DNA of 64,000 nt. It comes from Chiloscyllium plagiosum (taxonomy: Eukaryota). Of the stretch, positions 13,041 through 25,394 are shown piece after piece. The position numbers and the translations under genes were made by a program. Every line of letters begins with the position of its first letter. Within the stretch, counting starts at the first letter, position 1. The stretch spans positions 35,732,235 to 35,796,234 of the forward strand of contig NC_057718.1 of assembly GCF_004010195.1 (NCBI RefSeq), given 5' to 3'. The notes below the pieces were generated by a model that saw nothing but the letters and a program-made list of their open reading frames with translations, was not told the DNA's origin and did no database searches.

Positions 13041-14639
13041 GGTGGATGTCAAGATAAACTTAAACTACGTAAAACATGTGAAAACATATCTGCATGGATT
13101 TTTTTAACTAATCAGAACCATTAAAATTTAGGGCTCGCTCATTCTTAGTCTATAATTTAATTGACTCAGGTCTTACAATTAAAGGGCATCCAAAATCATC
13201 CACAATTCTCTTTCAAAAGTTACTACTACATGTCCTTCATTGGTCTTTGAGAAAGTACATCCCAGATCAAAACAGCTCATGGTGTATAAAAGAAGTTAGC
13301 ATCTACTCTCGGGATCTTTTGCTACATGTCTAAAATCAATTACTTCTAATTACCAACTGTCCTGTCAGATGCTTGTACCATTTTGAGAAGATATTTTTTG
13401 CCACAAGTCAAGTACACATTAATGTTGCTCTTGCCACCTTCAGCACTTGGTACATCCACACTACAAACTGGGTTTTCAAAGAATACGTTTCAGAAATCAA
13501 TGGCAACCTTTTCATTTTGCAAAGAAATATGAGGAAAAATTAAACAAAAAATGATTTGATTGACAAGTATCATTCACTTACAATTGGCACAGGAACAGAA
13601 TCAGAGTTTACTAAAAAGATATTTCTATAAATCTGAAAGAAATATAAAAACTATTCTGAAAAGCCTGGGGTGGGGATAAGCCTTTCTCACAGTACTTACA
13701 GATGCAGCAATACATAATTAAACCAGTATAATGTCCTAGTTGGTAAAAATTAACAAGTAAAATAAATATTACTTTTTATGTTAATAGTCCAAGCATCAAG
13801 TTAACATTTGTGACAGACTCCCTTTTAAAATTTAGTTAATTGCTCCTCCACAACAATTTCTATAGCAGCTGTGTTGCTTTAATTTATGTTTGTTTTTAAG
13901 TGTCTGTTTCTCTCTCTCTTTTGAAAAAGATAATCGTGGGAATTGTAATGCATTTACCATAACTAAACTCTCAACATGTATAATGCCAACCTCACTGTTG
14001 TATAACTTAAGAGTCAATCTTTATAATAAAAACATTAGTTCATTTTTGTTCCAAACTCAATGTAGATTGACATTTGTCTTTAAACGTTAGTGCCTTATTC
14101 AATCCCTAACAAGTCAGCATTTTGTTTTTAACAGAAGGACTATATGAAAATGCTTCATAATTTTTGTTTTAAATTCTTTCTTATCACAGCATATGTTAAA
14201 GAAGAATTGCTCCTGTCACCATTGTAGGATGGCCTGTGCTGACTCTGTGGTAGAATTATTACATTACTTGCGCTTTGTAGTCCTTTCCATAGCACTATAA
14301 GTAATTTCCTTAAACATCTTTATCCAATTTCCTTTTCATACCTTCTTATCCAATTTTAGGCACATTTTTGATCACTTTATTCAAATGACACAAGCAAAAA
14401 TTTGCTCCAGTTATTAACTGAAGTGAAACTCTGAAAAGCATAGGAAAGTACTATCATGTCTTCAGTCAATACTCATACACAAACATATATATCCACTAAA
14501 ACAGACCAATACCACATGCATTTCCCACTACATATCACCTGACAGCAATTCCAGAGCTAATGCTCCATCTGACTTTTCTTCTCCAATGCACAATGAGGTC
14601 ACCTAGGACCTCCTTACAGTGCCCAGCTAGGCCCAGGAA

Positions 14640-15340
14640 ACTTAGCGTAAACAAAGTCCAGGATCTTCTCAGACAGTCCTTCAGAATGAAGGATGACTTG
14701 CTTTAACTCCAATTTGACAGATTTTGAGATGCCTGTTAAGTCAAAGCAAAATCTGCTCACTTTGCTACAAGTGGGGCAAGTGGTGCCTCCAGAGTGGGGT
14801 AAATTATTTGTTTGGAGATATGCACACTCTTTTCTGTGCCTTGATTTCACCTCTACATGTTCCTGTTGAAGTATCTCAATGTGTTTGCTTCTTTCCTGAA
14901 TTAATTGTCTCCATTTTTAGTCGGTCACAGCCCAAGGACTCCCATGAGTTGGCTAGCATATTCAGCTTTTTCCAGGGATGTTTTCAAGTTAATCCAAACT
15001 CATTTCCATTGAGTCTTCTGACACAACTGAGTCTCAAGAAGAGCAGTTGTTTCAGGAATCTAATATTAGGCATATGAACATGTCCTACCCAGCAGAGCTG
15101 GTTTTGTATGATTAGCACCTTGATTCTGGACACACTGGCTTGGGAGAGGTGCTGTTGTTGGCCTGTAGTTCTTACCACTGCATTTAGAGAATCTTGTGAA
15201 GTCACTAGTAGTCGTACCTCTGCAAGACTTTATGGTCCTACTGCAGATTATCTGGGTCTTCGAAGCATATTAGAGTGTGGGGATCATGACTGTCCAGTAA
15301 CCCATAATCTTCACCTCAGATCCGAGATCCTGGTCCTCAA
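14640..15340 (-). mobile_element. RTE-clade LINE 3' fragment
   Basis: QLCWVGHVHMPNIRFLKQLLF and a terminal CPTCSK zinc-finger-like remnant, typical of RTE ORF ends. Confidence 0.7.
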
Positions 15341-16344
15341 AATTTCTGGGCAGTTAATAATAATTCAGTGTTAAGTTGCTGTCTTGATTTTTTTTAGTAA
15401 TCAACCTCTGGACACTAAGCACAGATTTTTATGACCATTTTATTCGAGCAACACAAGTAGACATTCACTTCAGTTATTAACTGAAGTAAAACTCTAAAGT
15501 ACAGAAAGAAGTTGAATATTTTACATTATTAGCATTACCTTATTTGAATCTCTTTTCATACTCAACAAATAAAGCAGATGTCCCGGAGTTATAGGTTAAC
15601 ATGTTAAGGTCTCCTTCACCCAGCAAGGGCATAAACAATCAATCTTGTCCTGAATGTGGCTTACTCCTTGTTGGTATTTGTCCCTCACAGTCTCTTTCCA
15701 AGCCATTGTTACGTTGTTTCATTAACAGTATCTCCTGTTTACACAAATCTATGGACAAGAATCTGCATAAGATTCACTGCAGACAAAGCTGAAATCTGCC
15801 TTCTACTTCTAGTGTACTTAAAGTATAATTTAACCTTTAACCTTAAAGCCTAAAAATCTATATTTTCCCCAAGGTGAAACAATATTAAGCAACATAAAAC
15901 AAAACTTAATTTGTGGTTGACAGGGCCCTCAATCATATGTATCCCACTTGAGGGACTCCTGCACTTAACTCTCTTTCCCAGTCACAAGCTACAGGACCTT
16001 ATATCCGCACGTCTCATCCCAGCAGCCTCCACATTCAAAATATATGAAACTTCTTTCTACGACAATATCACAATTCACCCCATCTTCACCTCCCCTCACA
16101 AAAGCTCCATCCTTCCACCATCTAGACTGCCTTCTTGTTCAAATACTGGAGATAATACCTGTCTTTTCTTCACTTCATTCTTATAATCTTTAGGGAGACA
16201 GCAGCAATGTGACTGGACTGGTTCCCAAAATTTCTGTTCTTTTAAATTTAATTTTCACATGTAGAAAATAATTGTAAACATTTAATGGAATAATGTATTA
16301 TCTGGACTTATTTAACAAAAATATTTCATTTTAACACAAAATGT

Positions 16345-16675
16345 TCATAGAATCACATAGCACAGAAGAGACACTTCAAGTCTGTGCTGACCTATCTACA
16401 CTAATCCTACTTTCCAGCACTATGCCCACTGCCTTTCTATGTTTGAATGCTATGACACTTTGAGTGCTCAGTCACATACTTTTTAAAGGTTGTCAGATTA
16501 TCCTACTCTCCTGCCTTCCCAGGCAGTGCATTCTAGATTCCCACCACCATCTGGATGAAAAAGATTTTCCCCAAATCCCTTCCAAACCTTTCACCTTAAA
16601 ACTATGCCTCCTCATTATGGACACTTCAATGAATGGAAACAATTGCTTCTTATCCATCCTGTCCATGCCTCCCAA
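16345..16675 (-). mobile_element. CR1 3' fragment
   Basis: MDRMDKKQLFP..HSFKVKG remnant and a tgattctatga tail. Confidence 0.75.
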
Positions 16676-18142
16676 TTGACAGGTCCCCTCCCAGTTTGAA
16701 GATATCCGATAAGTTTTTAGGGCAAATATTTACCTTTGTAAAACAGTCTGAGAATCCATCATTTGTGCCATCCAATATTATGTTTCAGAACTTTTTTCCC
16801 AACTTTATTTCATACTAGTAAGGTTAATTCTCAAACCTTTATCTGTGACACCTTTTGTCAAATAAAAATTGTCCCAAAGAGAACAATCATTCACTTTACA
16901 TTCTATGGACAAATTTATTTGATTGTTCTTGAATGAGATTTCCTTCAGTATGTCTGACAGCTAAACATCAATATTTACTGCTCCTCCTGGTGCCAGTGTG
17001 TCAGCACCCAAGATATTTTTAATTACACTTTTTCTTGGCTTCCTAGGCAAATGGACAACATTTATTATTATTTCCCACCATATCTCCATAAATTTTTCAT
17101 TCAGAAAATCCTCCCATTGTCTGCTAGAAATTTAACTAGTGCTCTCAGTCTGGTCCCTATCCATTGCTCCACTATCTTATTCGGTATTACTCTTTTCTGT
17201 TTACTATATATTATTACAGGCTGACTGAATCCAGTGCCATGTTTACAAAGTGAAAGATGAAAGTTTCTTTCCCCGCATAGATTCAAGTCCACTGCCCCAA
17301 GTTTATTACAGTCTCTTGTTAATGTGAGACTCACAATGGACATTGATGATAATCTCCTGTATTTTGTTTTGACATGTATTGCATTTATCACTGATCTTTT
17401 CTTACTCCTGCATCTTTTTGTAGGATCATTAACCTGTGAGAAGATGGATGGGCAAACTACCAATGTAGTTTTTTGTCCTTCTTCCCTTTAAACCCCTATC
17501 TCTGAAGCCAATAATAACACTTCTTTAATATTTTGATTACAGAATTTAGATCTTGTTAATGGAAAACAATTATGCCCAGATTGTGTAAACCATAAATCTA
17601 CTGGTTTCCCAAAAGATCAGTCTTGTTATTTCCATGCCAATTTCATCTGTGTATTTTTGAAATGATGGACCACTTGACAATAATGGTATTTCATTTGACA
17701 TTAAGTCCATGGTGATGAAGTGGTTTACTCCAGCTAAGTTAATCACCACACTATTTCATAATTTCAATATGTTGTAATTTTAAAACATAAAGGTCAGTCC
17801 TTATTATTTGGAATCTAGATAACATTTTAACCAATCCACTCCACACAGTACAGACTTGCATCCATCATTCAACACAGTGCAACTGAATGTGTGCAAGTAA
17901 AATATTCAATGCTGGATTGAAACTTCTTTAAAGTAGTATAATTACTCCAACCTGATTAGTATTACTATCTTTTCCTTATGAAGCTTCTGTGTCATATGTA
18001 ATTTTGAAAACCTCATTACCTTCTTTAGGCAACGGATTTCAAATCGCATTAAAAACAAGGTTGATCATGCCCAGGCATTCCTCAGATTCATTCTCCTGAT
18101 GAGGTTTCCCAACTGCTACATTATTATAACTGCCAGCAATAT

Positions 18143-19426
18143 AACTACTGTGGGATTCTGTTCAAATAATGACCAAAATTGGTCAGTGGCGAAAATAGCA
18201 ACCACGGTCGCACAGTTCGAGGCTGCGATGGAACCCCAAAACACAGTTCTTACAGTAGCTTCTGTGTATACCATTCTTCCATATATTAAAATGGTGTTAC
18301 ATTGTTTTATCTATTGTATACAAAGATTTGTAAGTAGTAGATTGTTTGAACATTTGCTAAGTGCTGGCTGCTACTCCTGATAAGACTAAGTGTCTGACGG
18401 TCTGCTTGCATCATTATGAGTGTTAGTCCTTTTATCTTTTAAGTTTGTAAATGTTAGCAAAAGTACTAGGCCTATATGCTCTAAATAAGTTAGAAATTAT
18501 ACACCTACTTTATAAAAGAATAAAGGATATGAAATTGATTACCACAGCTGGGTCATGAGATTTGTTTATTATTTGCCTGTGTGAGTTTCATTCATTAACA
18601 TGGTTTCACGGAAGCATTGTTTTGACAGTAAAGGGGATAGCGGCCCTGTTTAATGTATTTAATGAGTACCTAACTAGTTGGGTAAACTGATGTTCTGTAA
18701 TCTCGTCAGGTCCTGAGAGACAGTTGGTAAGGGCTGATTAATATTACAATCTTTCCATAGTTTCGGGTGGGTTGAGGAGACACGGTGGTGGTGGTGGGAG
18801 TTGTTTTTGAATAGGTTAGTCGTCTTTGATACTTTGATGTAAATAGGTCTGATAATGCTTCAAGGTGTGAAGAAGCAGTAATGGGTTTGGAAGTAAAGTT
18901 TTAATTTAGCTTATCTTGCAACAGTGAAATATACTACAGAATACAATTTTGTGAATGAATCACACAACACCAGCCTATAGTCCAACTAGCTTTCAGAGCT
19001 CTGCTGCTTCAAAAGCTAGTGCTTCCAAATAAACCTGATGGACTATAACCCTAGTGTTAACTTGGCAAAAGTGAGGACTGCAGATGCTGGAAACCAGAGT
19101 GGTGCTGGAAAAGCACAGCAGGTCAGGAAGCATCCGAGGAGCAGGAACAATCAGGATGAAGGGCTTTTACCCGAAACATCAATTTTCCTGCTCATCGGAT
19201 GCTGCCTGACCGGTTGTGCTTTTCCAGCACCATTCTGATCTAAACTCTGATCTTTAACTTTGTCCACTCCAGTCCAACACCGGCTCCTCCAAATTATGAA
19301 TGAATGAATGAAAACGCATTATATTAAACAATAGTTTAGTAAAGGGTTATGAAATGAATGAATGGAAATGTGGTATTGATTGAGTATAGCGAGCTGGTGA
19401 GTGAGTTGGTAAAGATACTTATAACA
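18143..19426 (-). mobile_element. Candidate solo LTR or unclassified insertion within the Copia gag
   Basis: Flanked by (CA)ATAT at 18137-18142 and 19425-19430. Minus strand starts TGTTATAAG. TATAAAAG near 18510. Copia-like sequence resumes on both sides. Confidence 0.5.
18961..19296. mobile_element. Penelope-like repeat (family C) interrupted by a family A copy (19064-19253)
   Basis: cacacaacaccag..tatagtccaac..gcttccaaataaacctg..agtccaacaccggc. The inner insert is flanked by TTAACTT (19057-19063, 19254-19260) and the outer by TGAATGAAT. Confidence 0.7.
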
Positions 19427-20172
19427 ATATCTCACACTATCCTCACATCTTTATGTTATGATTCTCATTCCATAGTGAAATCTTTGGCTTGTATTTGCTC
19501 AGGTTTGCACTCCTGCTACCATTGAAGCCTTCACACTGTGTGTTAACACTGAATGTCCCATTTATATCACGATGCCTGCAGGGAAAGAATGTTTCTCTAC
19601 AAATTCTTTTCAGGCTTCTGACATCTGTTGCAAAAGCATATTTCCTTCTAAAAAATCCAACTCCAGTTAATACGAGAAATGTGTTGATTTTGAACCTTTA
19701 GCACATTTCAACAATTTAAAAGCAAGCCCTTGTTTGATCCAAAATATTGGATAAAAAAAAAGTAATCTCAGTTCCTATTTGATAGTTATGCATTTTGAAC
19801 TTCTTACTGTATTTCCATTACAACTATGTGTTCACATATATAACTTGCATAAGCATCTATTATAAATGAGGCCATAGAAATTTATAATGAGTAAAGGTTG
19901 GCAGGAACTATGCAGAATGGAAAATTTTAATAAATATAAGTATTATGCCATCTGGATAGCATTGTAATCAAGACAATAATACTGGATGAAAGTACATAAA
20001 TTACTGCAGAATCAAACTGTTTTGTTAAGGAAAATATTTAACATGACTATTTATGATGTGTCCAAGCGTTGTTCTTGTTACTACAAATGATGTACAAGAT
20101 TATTTTTATATGTGTTGTATAATCTGGTTATTACTGTCATTGAAAAACTAGAACAAGTTAGACTTCAAACTG

Positions 20173-20194
20173 TGAACCCTTCGCGAAGGGTTCA
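20173..20194. repeat. Perfect 22-bp palindrome TGAACCCTTCGCGAAGGGTTCA
   Basis: Self-reverse-complementary and GC-rich in an AT-rich context. Confidence 0.95.
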
Positions 20195-20896
20195 GAATAA
20201 GTAAAAACCCAAGCAAGCAAATACACTTATATCTTTCGGAAATAAAATGCAATAGAACTAAAAACGAAATACCTAACTCCAAACATCTGTCTGTCACTCT
20301 TGGATCTTATGAAAAATGTGTATGAAGGCTAGTGCATTATATTTCCCAAAAGTTAAAACAACCTCCTGTGTTGCTCTCACCACAGATATTTTATGACTGC
20401 TACTTTCTCCCATCTCACCTTTTTATATTCCAAACTTCTTTTGCAGGCTTACGTTTGGGTCAGTACTAGCAAGACAGCAACTAACACTTGACATTTGTTA
20501 TACTGGAGATCCCTGTATAAATAGTATAGATGGCAACAGCTCATGCATAAAATACTCCAGAGGACAAAAACCTCTCAAATGTGGCATGCATATGATCCCC
20601 AAAATACTGGGCTGGACAAATTTTTAACTATGTAAAAATGGCAGCGTAAAATAATTGTTTGACAGATATTTAGAAAGCAGCAGTTAATAGATGGTCCTTG
20701 GATAAACCTAAAAAATAAAATTAGAGCATTCAGAGTCAGGGGACAAGTAGCAATATAGATAGCTAGCTGATTACAAATCACTCAAAAATCATCAGCACAA
20801 AATTATATAGTGTAATCAGAAGCAGTGACTGCGAAAGTAGTGACAAATTGAAACTCCCTACCATAGGAAGCTTTTGAGATAAATAGTACAGATAAT

Positions 20897-21065
20897 TGGG
20901 CGACTGTCTGTATGGAGTTTACACATTCTTCCCATGTCTGTGTGTCTTTACTCCAGGTGCTTTGGTTTCCTCCCACAAAGGTGTGAAGGTTAGGTACACT
21001 GACCCATTCTAAATTGCCCATGGTGTCCAGGGATGTGCAGATGGATTAGCAATGGGAAATACTAA
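20897..21065 (+). mobile_element. HE1-type SINE internal fragment
   Basis: gggcgactgtctgtatggagtttacacattctt...aaattgccc core. Confidence 0.7.
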
Positions 21066-21069
21066 TGGA

Positions 21070-21935
21070 TGGTTGGCTGCCTTTTTGAATGATGGTAGTC
21101 CATTTGTTCTAGGTAGACCCACAATGACATAAGCAGGAAGTTCCAAGAATTTGACCAAATGACAGTGAAGGAATAGAAATATTTTATCAAGTCAGGATGG
21201 TGAATGGCTTGGAAAGGAACTTGCAGATGGTGGTGTTCTCTGCTGCTGCTCTTGTATCTCTAGGTGGAAGTGGTCATGGGTTTGGAAGGTGGTGTCTAAA
21301 CAGCCTTGGTAAATTTCTGAAGTGCATCTTGTAGATAGTACACACTGTTGCTATTGAACAAAGTTGTTGGAAGGAGTATATCTTTGTGATTTGGTTTCAA
21401 TCAATCAGGCTGATTTGTCCTAGATGGTGGCAAACCTCGAGTGTTGTTGAAGCTGCACTAATCCAGCCAAGTGGGAAGTATTCCATCATACTCCTGAAGT
21501 ACGCCTTGTAGACTATGGACAGATTTTGATGAGTCAGAAGGAGAGTCATTTGCTGCAAAATTCCTAACCTCTGACCTGACCTATCGCCACTGTACTTATA
21601 TGGCTAGTGCACTGCATTTTTGGTCAATGGTAACACATAAATGTTATTAGTGGGGGAATTCTGTTATGCCACTGAATGCAAAGGGACAATGGTTAGGTAC
21701 CTTCGTGCTGGGGTTGATAATTACCTAGGATTGTGTGGTGCAAAAGTTATTTACCACTTTTCAGCCCAAGCCAGGATATTGTCCAGGTCTTACTGCATTT
21801 GGACATGGACTGTGTCACTATCTGAAGAATCACAAGTGGTGCAGAACATTGTGCAATGATCAGCAAACATCCCACTTATGACCTTATGATGAGGGTAATG
21901 TCATCAATGAAGCAGCTGAAGATGGTTGGGCCAAA
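21070..21935 (-). mobile_element. Old CR1/L2-clade LINE RT 3' fragment
   Basis: Minus strand decays to ..MFADHCT..LDNILAWAEKW.., resembling the + fragments at about 22480-22790 and 32660-33130. Confidence 0.65.
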
Positions 21936-22284
21936 TTTTAAATAGGAAATCTTTTGTGAAAGCTACCTACTGAAATAGCATGCAATGAAGTTATTAGCTT
22001 GTGTGTTACACAAAAAAAAATTAAAACTTAAAACTTTGCCATGTGATCCTTTCAGCTATTTGTTGGAAGTTCAATTTTTTTTCTAAAAGTTTCTTGGTAT
22101 CTACTAGGATCATAATACACAAATAGGTTCAACAATCTTTCTTCCAACACATAACACTTAAATGTATCTATTTTTAAACCTAATTGCCATTGATACTTCC
22201 ACTTACCCGTTATGCTACTGAAATACTTTATTTATGTAATTGCAGTTAAGAATATAAGTATGCTGTCTTTATTCCTGAACTCAC

Positions 22285-22387
22285 CGTGCAACTACTAGGA
22301 ACTGATCTATCTGTCGATCATTCAAAGGGTTGTCAGGATCCCAAACCTTAACCTCCATCTTCGATTGATCTCTGGCATCTGATTCAC
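22285..22387 (-). CDS. MTA3: MTA3-like coding exon, ELM2 domain
   Basis: 103 nt, acceptor ccttgctag|GT and donor CG|gtgagt. Encodes (G)[33 protein letters not shown](R). Phase 1 in / phase 2 out fits both neighbours. GESD..QSK.EVKVWDP is closer to MTA3 than to MTA1 or MTA2 as I recall them. Not in the ORF track. Confidence 0.93.
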
Positions 22388-23224
22388 CTAGCAAGGATAA
22401 AAATAATACAATTACCGCATGCTACTTCACTCAGGGAGCATTATGTAATGAATAGTAATACGTAGTACTTCAAGGATAATTACACAGTTTACAAGCAATT
22501 CCCATCTCCCACAAGTGAGAATCTAACCATCTTACTCAGATGTTCAACCTACCATCACCACCTACCATCCAGCATCAATATCCTGAGCACTGGCCCAGTT
22601 AAATTTTTGATCAAGTCTAACCACTATCCAAAGGGTACAAATTTGAAGTTTGATGGATTATTCTCCATTTGCCAAGATGATTGACACTCCAACAACACTC
22701 AAGAAACCTTGAACCATCCAGAACAAAGAAATCTGCTTGACCGGCACCCTATCTGCCATATTAAATATCCACTGCCTACATCACTGGTTCATAAAATAAC
22801 AATAAATAAATAAACACAGGCATATATTAACTTTAGTCTGATACAGTTATTAATTAACAACTTTATCATAACTAAAGTTATATGTTGTGCATTTGGCAAA
22901 GAAATGAAGCAGATACATGTGGCAGAGTTTATATTTAAATTACTAAGAATATTTTGTTAGCACGAAATTACAATAAGATTCTTGTGGAAGAAGTAAACAA
23001 AATATTGTCCAAAATCAAGGCAGAAAATTGATCCATCTAAAGTATTTTCTATCTTCAGCTTTTGCAGTTGAATTAAACTGGTTTTTAGATCCTGTTAAGT
23101 CATTCAGGTCTTAATGTCATAATCATTCCAACTCAAGCTTCGCTACTTTCTTTCAAGCCAAGTCACAGATGCTCACCATCTCTGGTAGCATCTATATTTT
23201 CATACAGCCGTAGGTTGATAAGGG

Positions 23225-23440
23225 TCGATGCTACGATACACCCAAAGGACCACAGAGCTGCTCTCATTTGAGAACTGACTGGTGCTACTTTAACCTGAGG
23301 TCACCACACCTAAGGTAAGGCGAGAGGATGACAAGGACAAACCTTCATGGCAAGTTCAGCCAGCATGGGAATTGAACTTATGCCATGAGAATCACTCTAC
23401 ATCACAAACCAGGCGCCCAGCCAACTGAGCTAACCAACCC
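23225..23440 (-). mobile_element. tRNA-derived SINE (second family)
   Basis: Minus strand gggttggttagctcagttggc (A box) ... aagttcaattcc (B box), followed by a short body. Confidence 0.6.
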
Positions 23441-24149
23441 ACGAAAGGAGGATCTGTGTAGTTGCTAAATAACTAAGAAAAGGAAAGTGTTAAACTAAGT
23501 AAAATTCTAGATTTGAAATTAATTATATAGAGTTTATAGATATATATCAGAGCAGGTATTAATTTGAGCAGTTTAAAATTCTTTGCTGAGTTTAACAATT
23601 GGGCCTCATTGAAATGTTAACAGTTGAAATAATGGAAACTGTTTTTGAAAAAGATGCAATTCATAAATTTAGAGATTAGAAGATATGGGAAGTACAGAAG
23701 GAAGACCTAAAGTGGATTGGAATGGCTAAGAAGAACCATAAATGACAGCAATAATCAACAGAATAGAATAGTAGCTGTTTTAAGTACATGTAAATCAGTT
23801 AAGGGAGAGAGATCACTGACAAAAAAAACCTTGCAAGGTATAAGGCTAAGGAAATCACTCCTCTTCTGAAACGAACTTAGGAAATAACTCAAGGAGTTGT
23901 GCAAAGTGTCACAACTAACTAGGAATTTGAAACTAAACCATTTATAAGCTAATAAAAGAAACTATTTTGAAATTTATAAATAAAACTATAGTTTTAAATT
24001 GTAAGTGGAGAACAAGGATCAAAAAGTCCATTATTCATCCGCACACTCTTACAAATGAATTGTTTTTATTATGCAGACAGACTTGACCAGCTAGAGTTCT
24101 TTTCTGCATGAAAAATATAAACATTGATGGATAATCTGAAACAGGTTTT

Positions 24150-25392
24150 ATAGATCATAAGGGATTTCTGGGCTGAGAAGTGGCAGACGGAGTTTAATTT
24201 GAATAAATGCGAGGTATTGCAATTTGGTAATAAAAACAAGGACAGGACATAGACAATTAACTGTAGGGCTCTGTTGTAGAAGACAGAGACTGAAGGGTTC
24301 AGGTACATAATTTTTTGAACTTGCATCACAGGTAGAGAGGGTTGTTAAGACAACATTTAGCACGCTTGCCTTCATTGCTCAGACCTTTGACTATAAGAGT
24401 TGGGATGTCATGTTGAGGTTGTACAGGATGTTGGTGATGCCTCATCTGGAATACTGTTTGCAGTTCTGGTCAACCTGGAGAGTTTAATAATATCATGGAA
24501 GGATATTATTAAACTGGAGAGGGTTCGGAAAAGATTTACAAGAAGCTGCCAGGAATGGTGGGTTTGAGGCATAAAAGCAGGCTGAAAAGGTGTGGTGAAA
24601 CGGTTAAAAATTATGTCCCAATACATGTGTGAATCTAACCGGAATGGAGGTGTTGCTTAGTCCCGTGTGAATCTTATTACACACCTCCCCGTGTGAATCT
24701 TCTTATCTGTATGTAACCAGAATGGAATGTGTTTTTTCACATGAATGTTTATATCTGGAAAAGAGTATATCAGCTGGAAAAGTCTCCAGTTCGGTGAGTC
24801 TGCTCCGGGGTTACGTTTAACCGCCGAGCGTGGGTTGTTGGCAACCGCTCTACGAGAACTGACGGCTCCCAGTTCCGGTAACATGTAGAGTGAGTATAAG
24901 CCAGACCCGTTGTAAGTATGGGACCTGGTTGTGGCGACGCTGCGGGGGATAAAATGCTCATATTCTAGCAGACTCGCCTCTTGGTCGTTTGTTCTGTGTC
25001 AGACTACTCTCCTACGAACCTGACCTTGAGAATTTTTTAAAACAAAAGGCTGTAACTTTTTTCACTGGAGCATAGGATGTTGAAGGGTGACCTTATTGAG
25101 GTTTACAAAATCTTGAGAGGCACATTTAAGGTAAATGACAAAGGTCTTTTCCATAGGGTGGGGAAATTCAAAACTTAGGGGACATATTTTTAAGGTGGTA
25201 AGAAAAAGATTTAAAAAGGACTTTTTTTTAAAACACAGAGAATGGTTCGTTTGTGGAATGAACTGTCAGAGAAAGTGATGGATGCAGATACTGTTACAAC
25301 ATTTAAAATACATTCAAATAAGTCCATGAATAGGAAAGGTTTGGAGGAATATGGACTAAGCACAGGCAGGTGGGGCTACTTTAGTTTGAGAA
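24150..25392 (+). mobile_element. CR1 3' portion interrupted by a solo LTR
   Basis: AEKWQTEFNLNKCEVL, HLEYCLQFW and GDLIEVYKI remnants. The sequence is continuous across the insertion. Confidence 0.85.
24591..25044. mobile_element. Solo LTR (454 bp)
   Basis: TGT...ACA termini, 5-bp TSD AAAGG (24586-24590 and 25045-25049), CpG-rich, TATA-like motifs. Confidence 0.85.
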
Positions 25393-25394
25393 CA

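Larger units (their letters stand above)
16680..19870 (-). mobile_element. Fossil Copia (GalEa-like) LTR retrotransposon internal region, gag-PR-IN, interrupted at 18143-19426
   Basis: Manual minus-strand translation with frameshifts. gag: LAFKLLKCAK..LVLTGV..LLQQMSEA*KEFVEKHSFP (about 19730-19580). Decayed zinc knuckle: RRMNLRNAW..MIN..CF*CD (about 18100-18040). Protease: FSCTVLNDGCKSVLCGVDWLKCYLDS..EIPLL..FGKPVDLWFTQSGHNCFP (about 17890-17555). Integrase: AVDL..TGFS..EQWIGTRL..KFLADNG (17460-17100). Confidence 0.75.

Noticed and set aside
19150..19185. Functional hammerhead
   Set aside because: The core reads CAGGAUGA instead of CUGAUGA and the stem III palindrome is lost. The cores at about 40819, 41050 and 52710 are likewise mutated.
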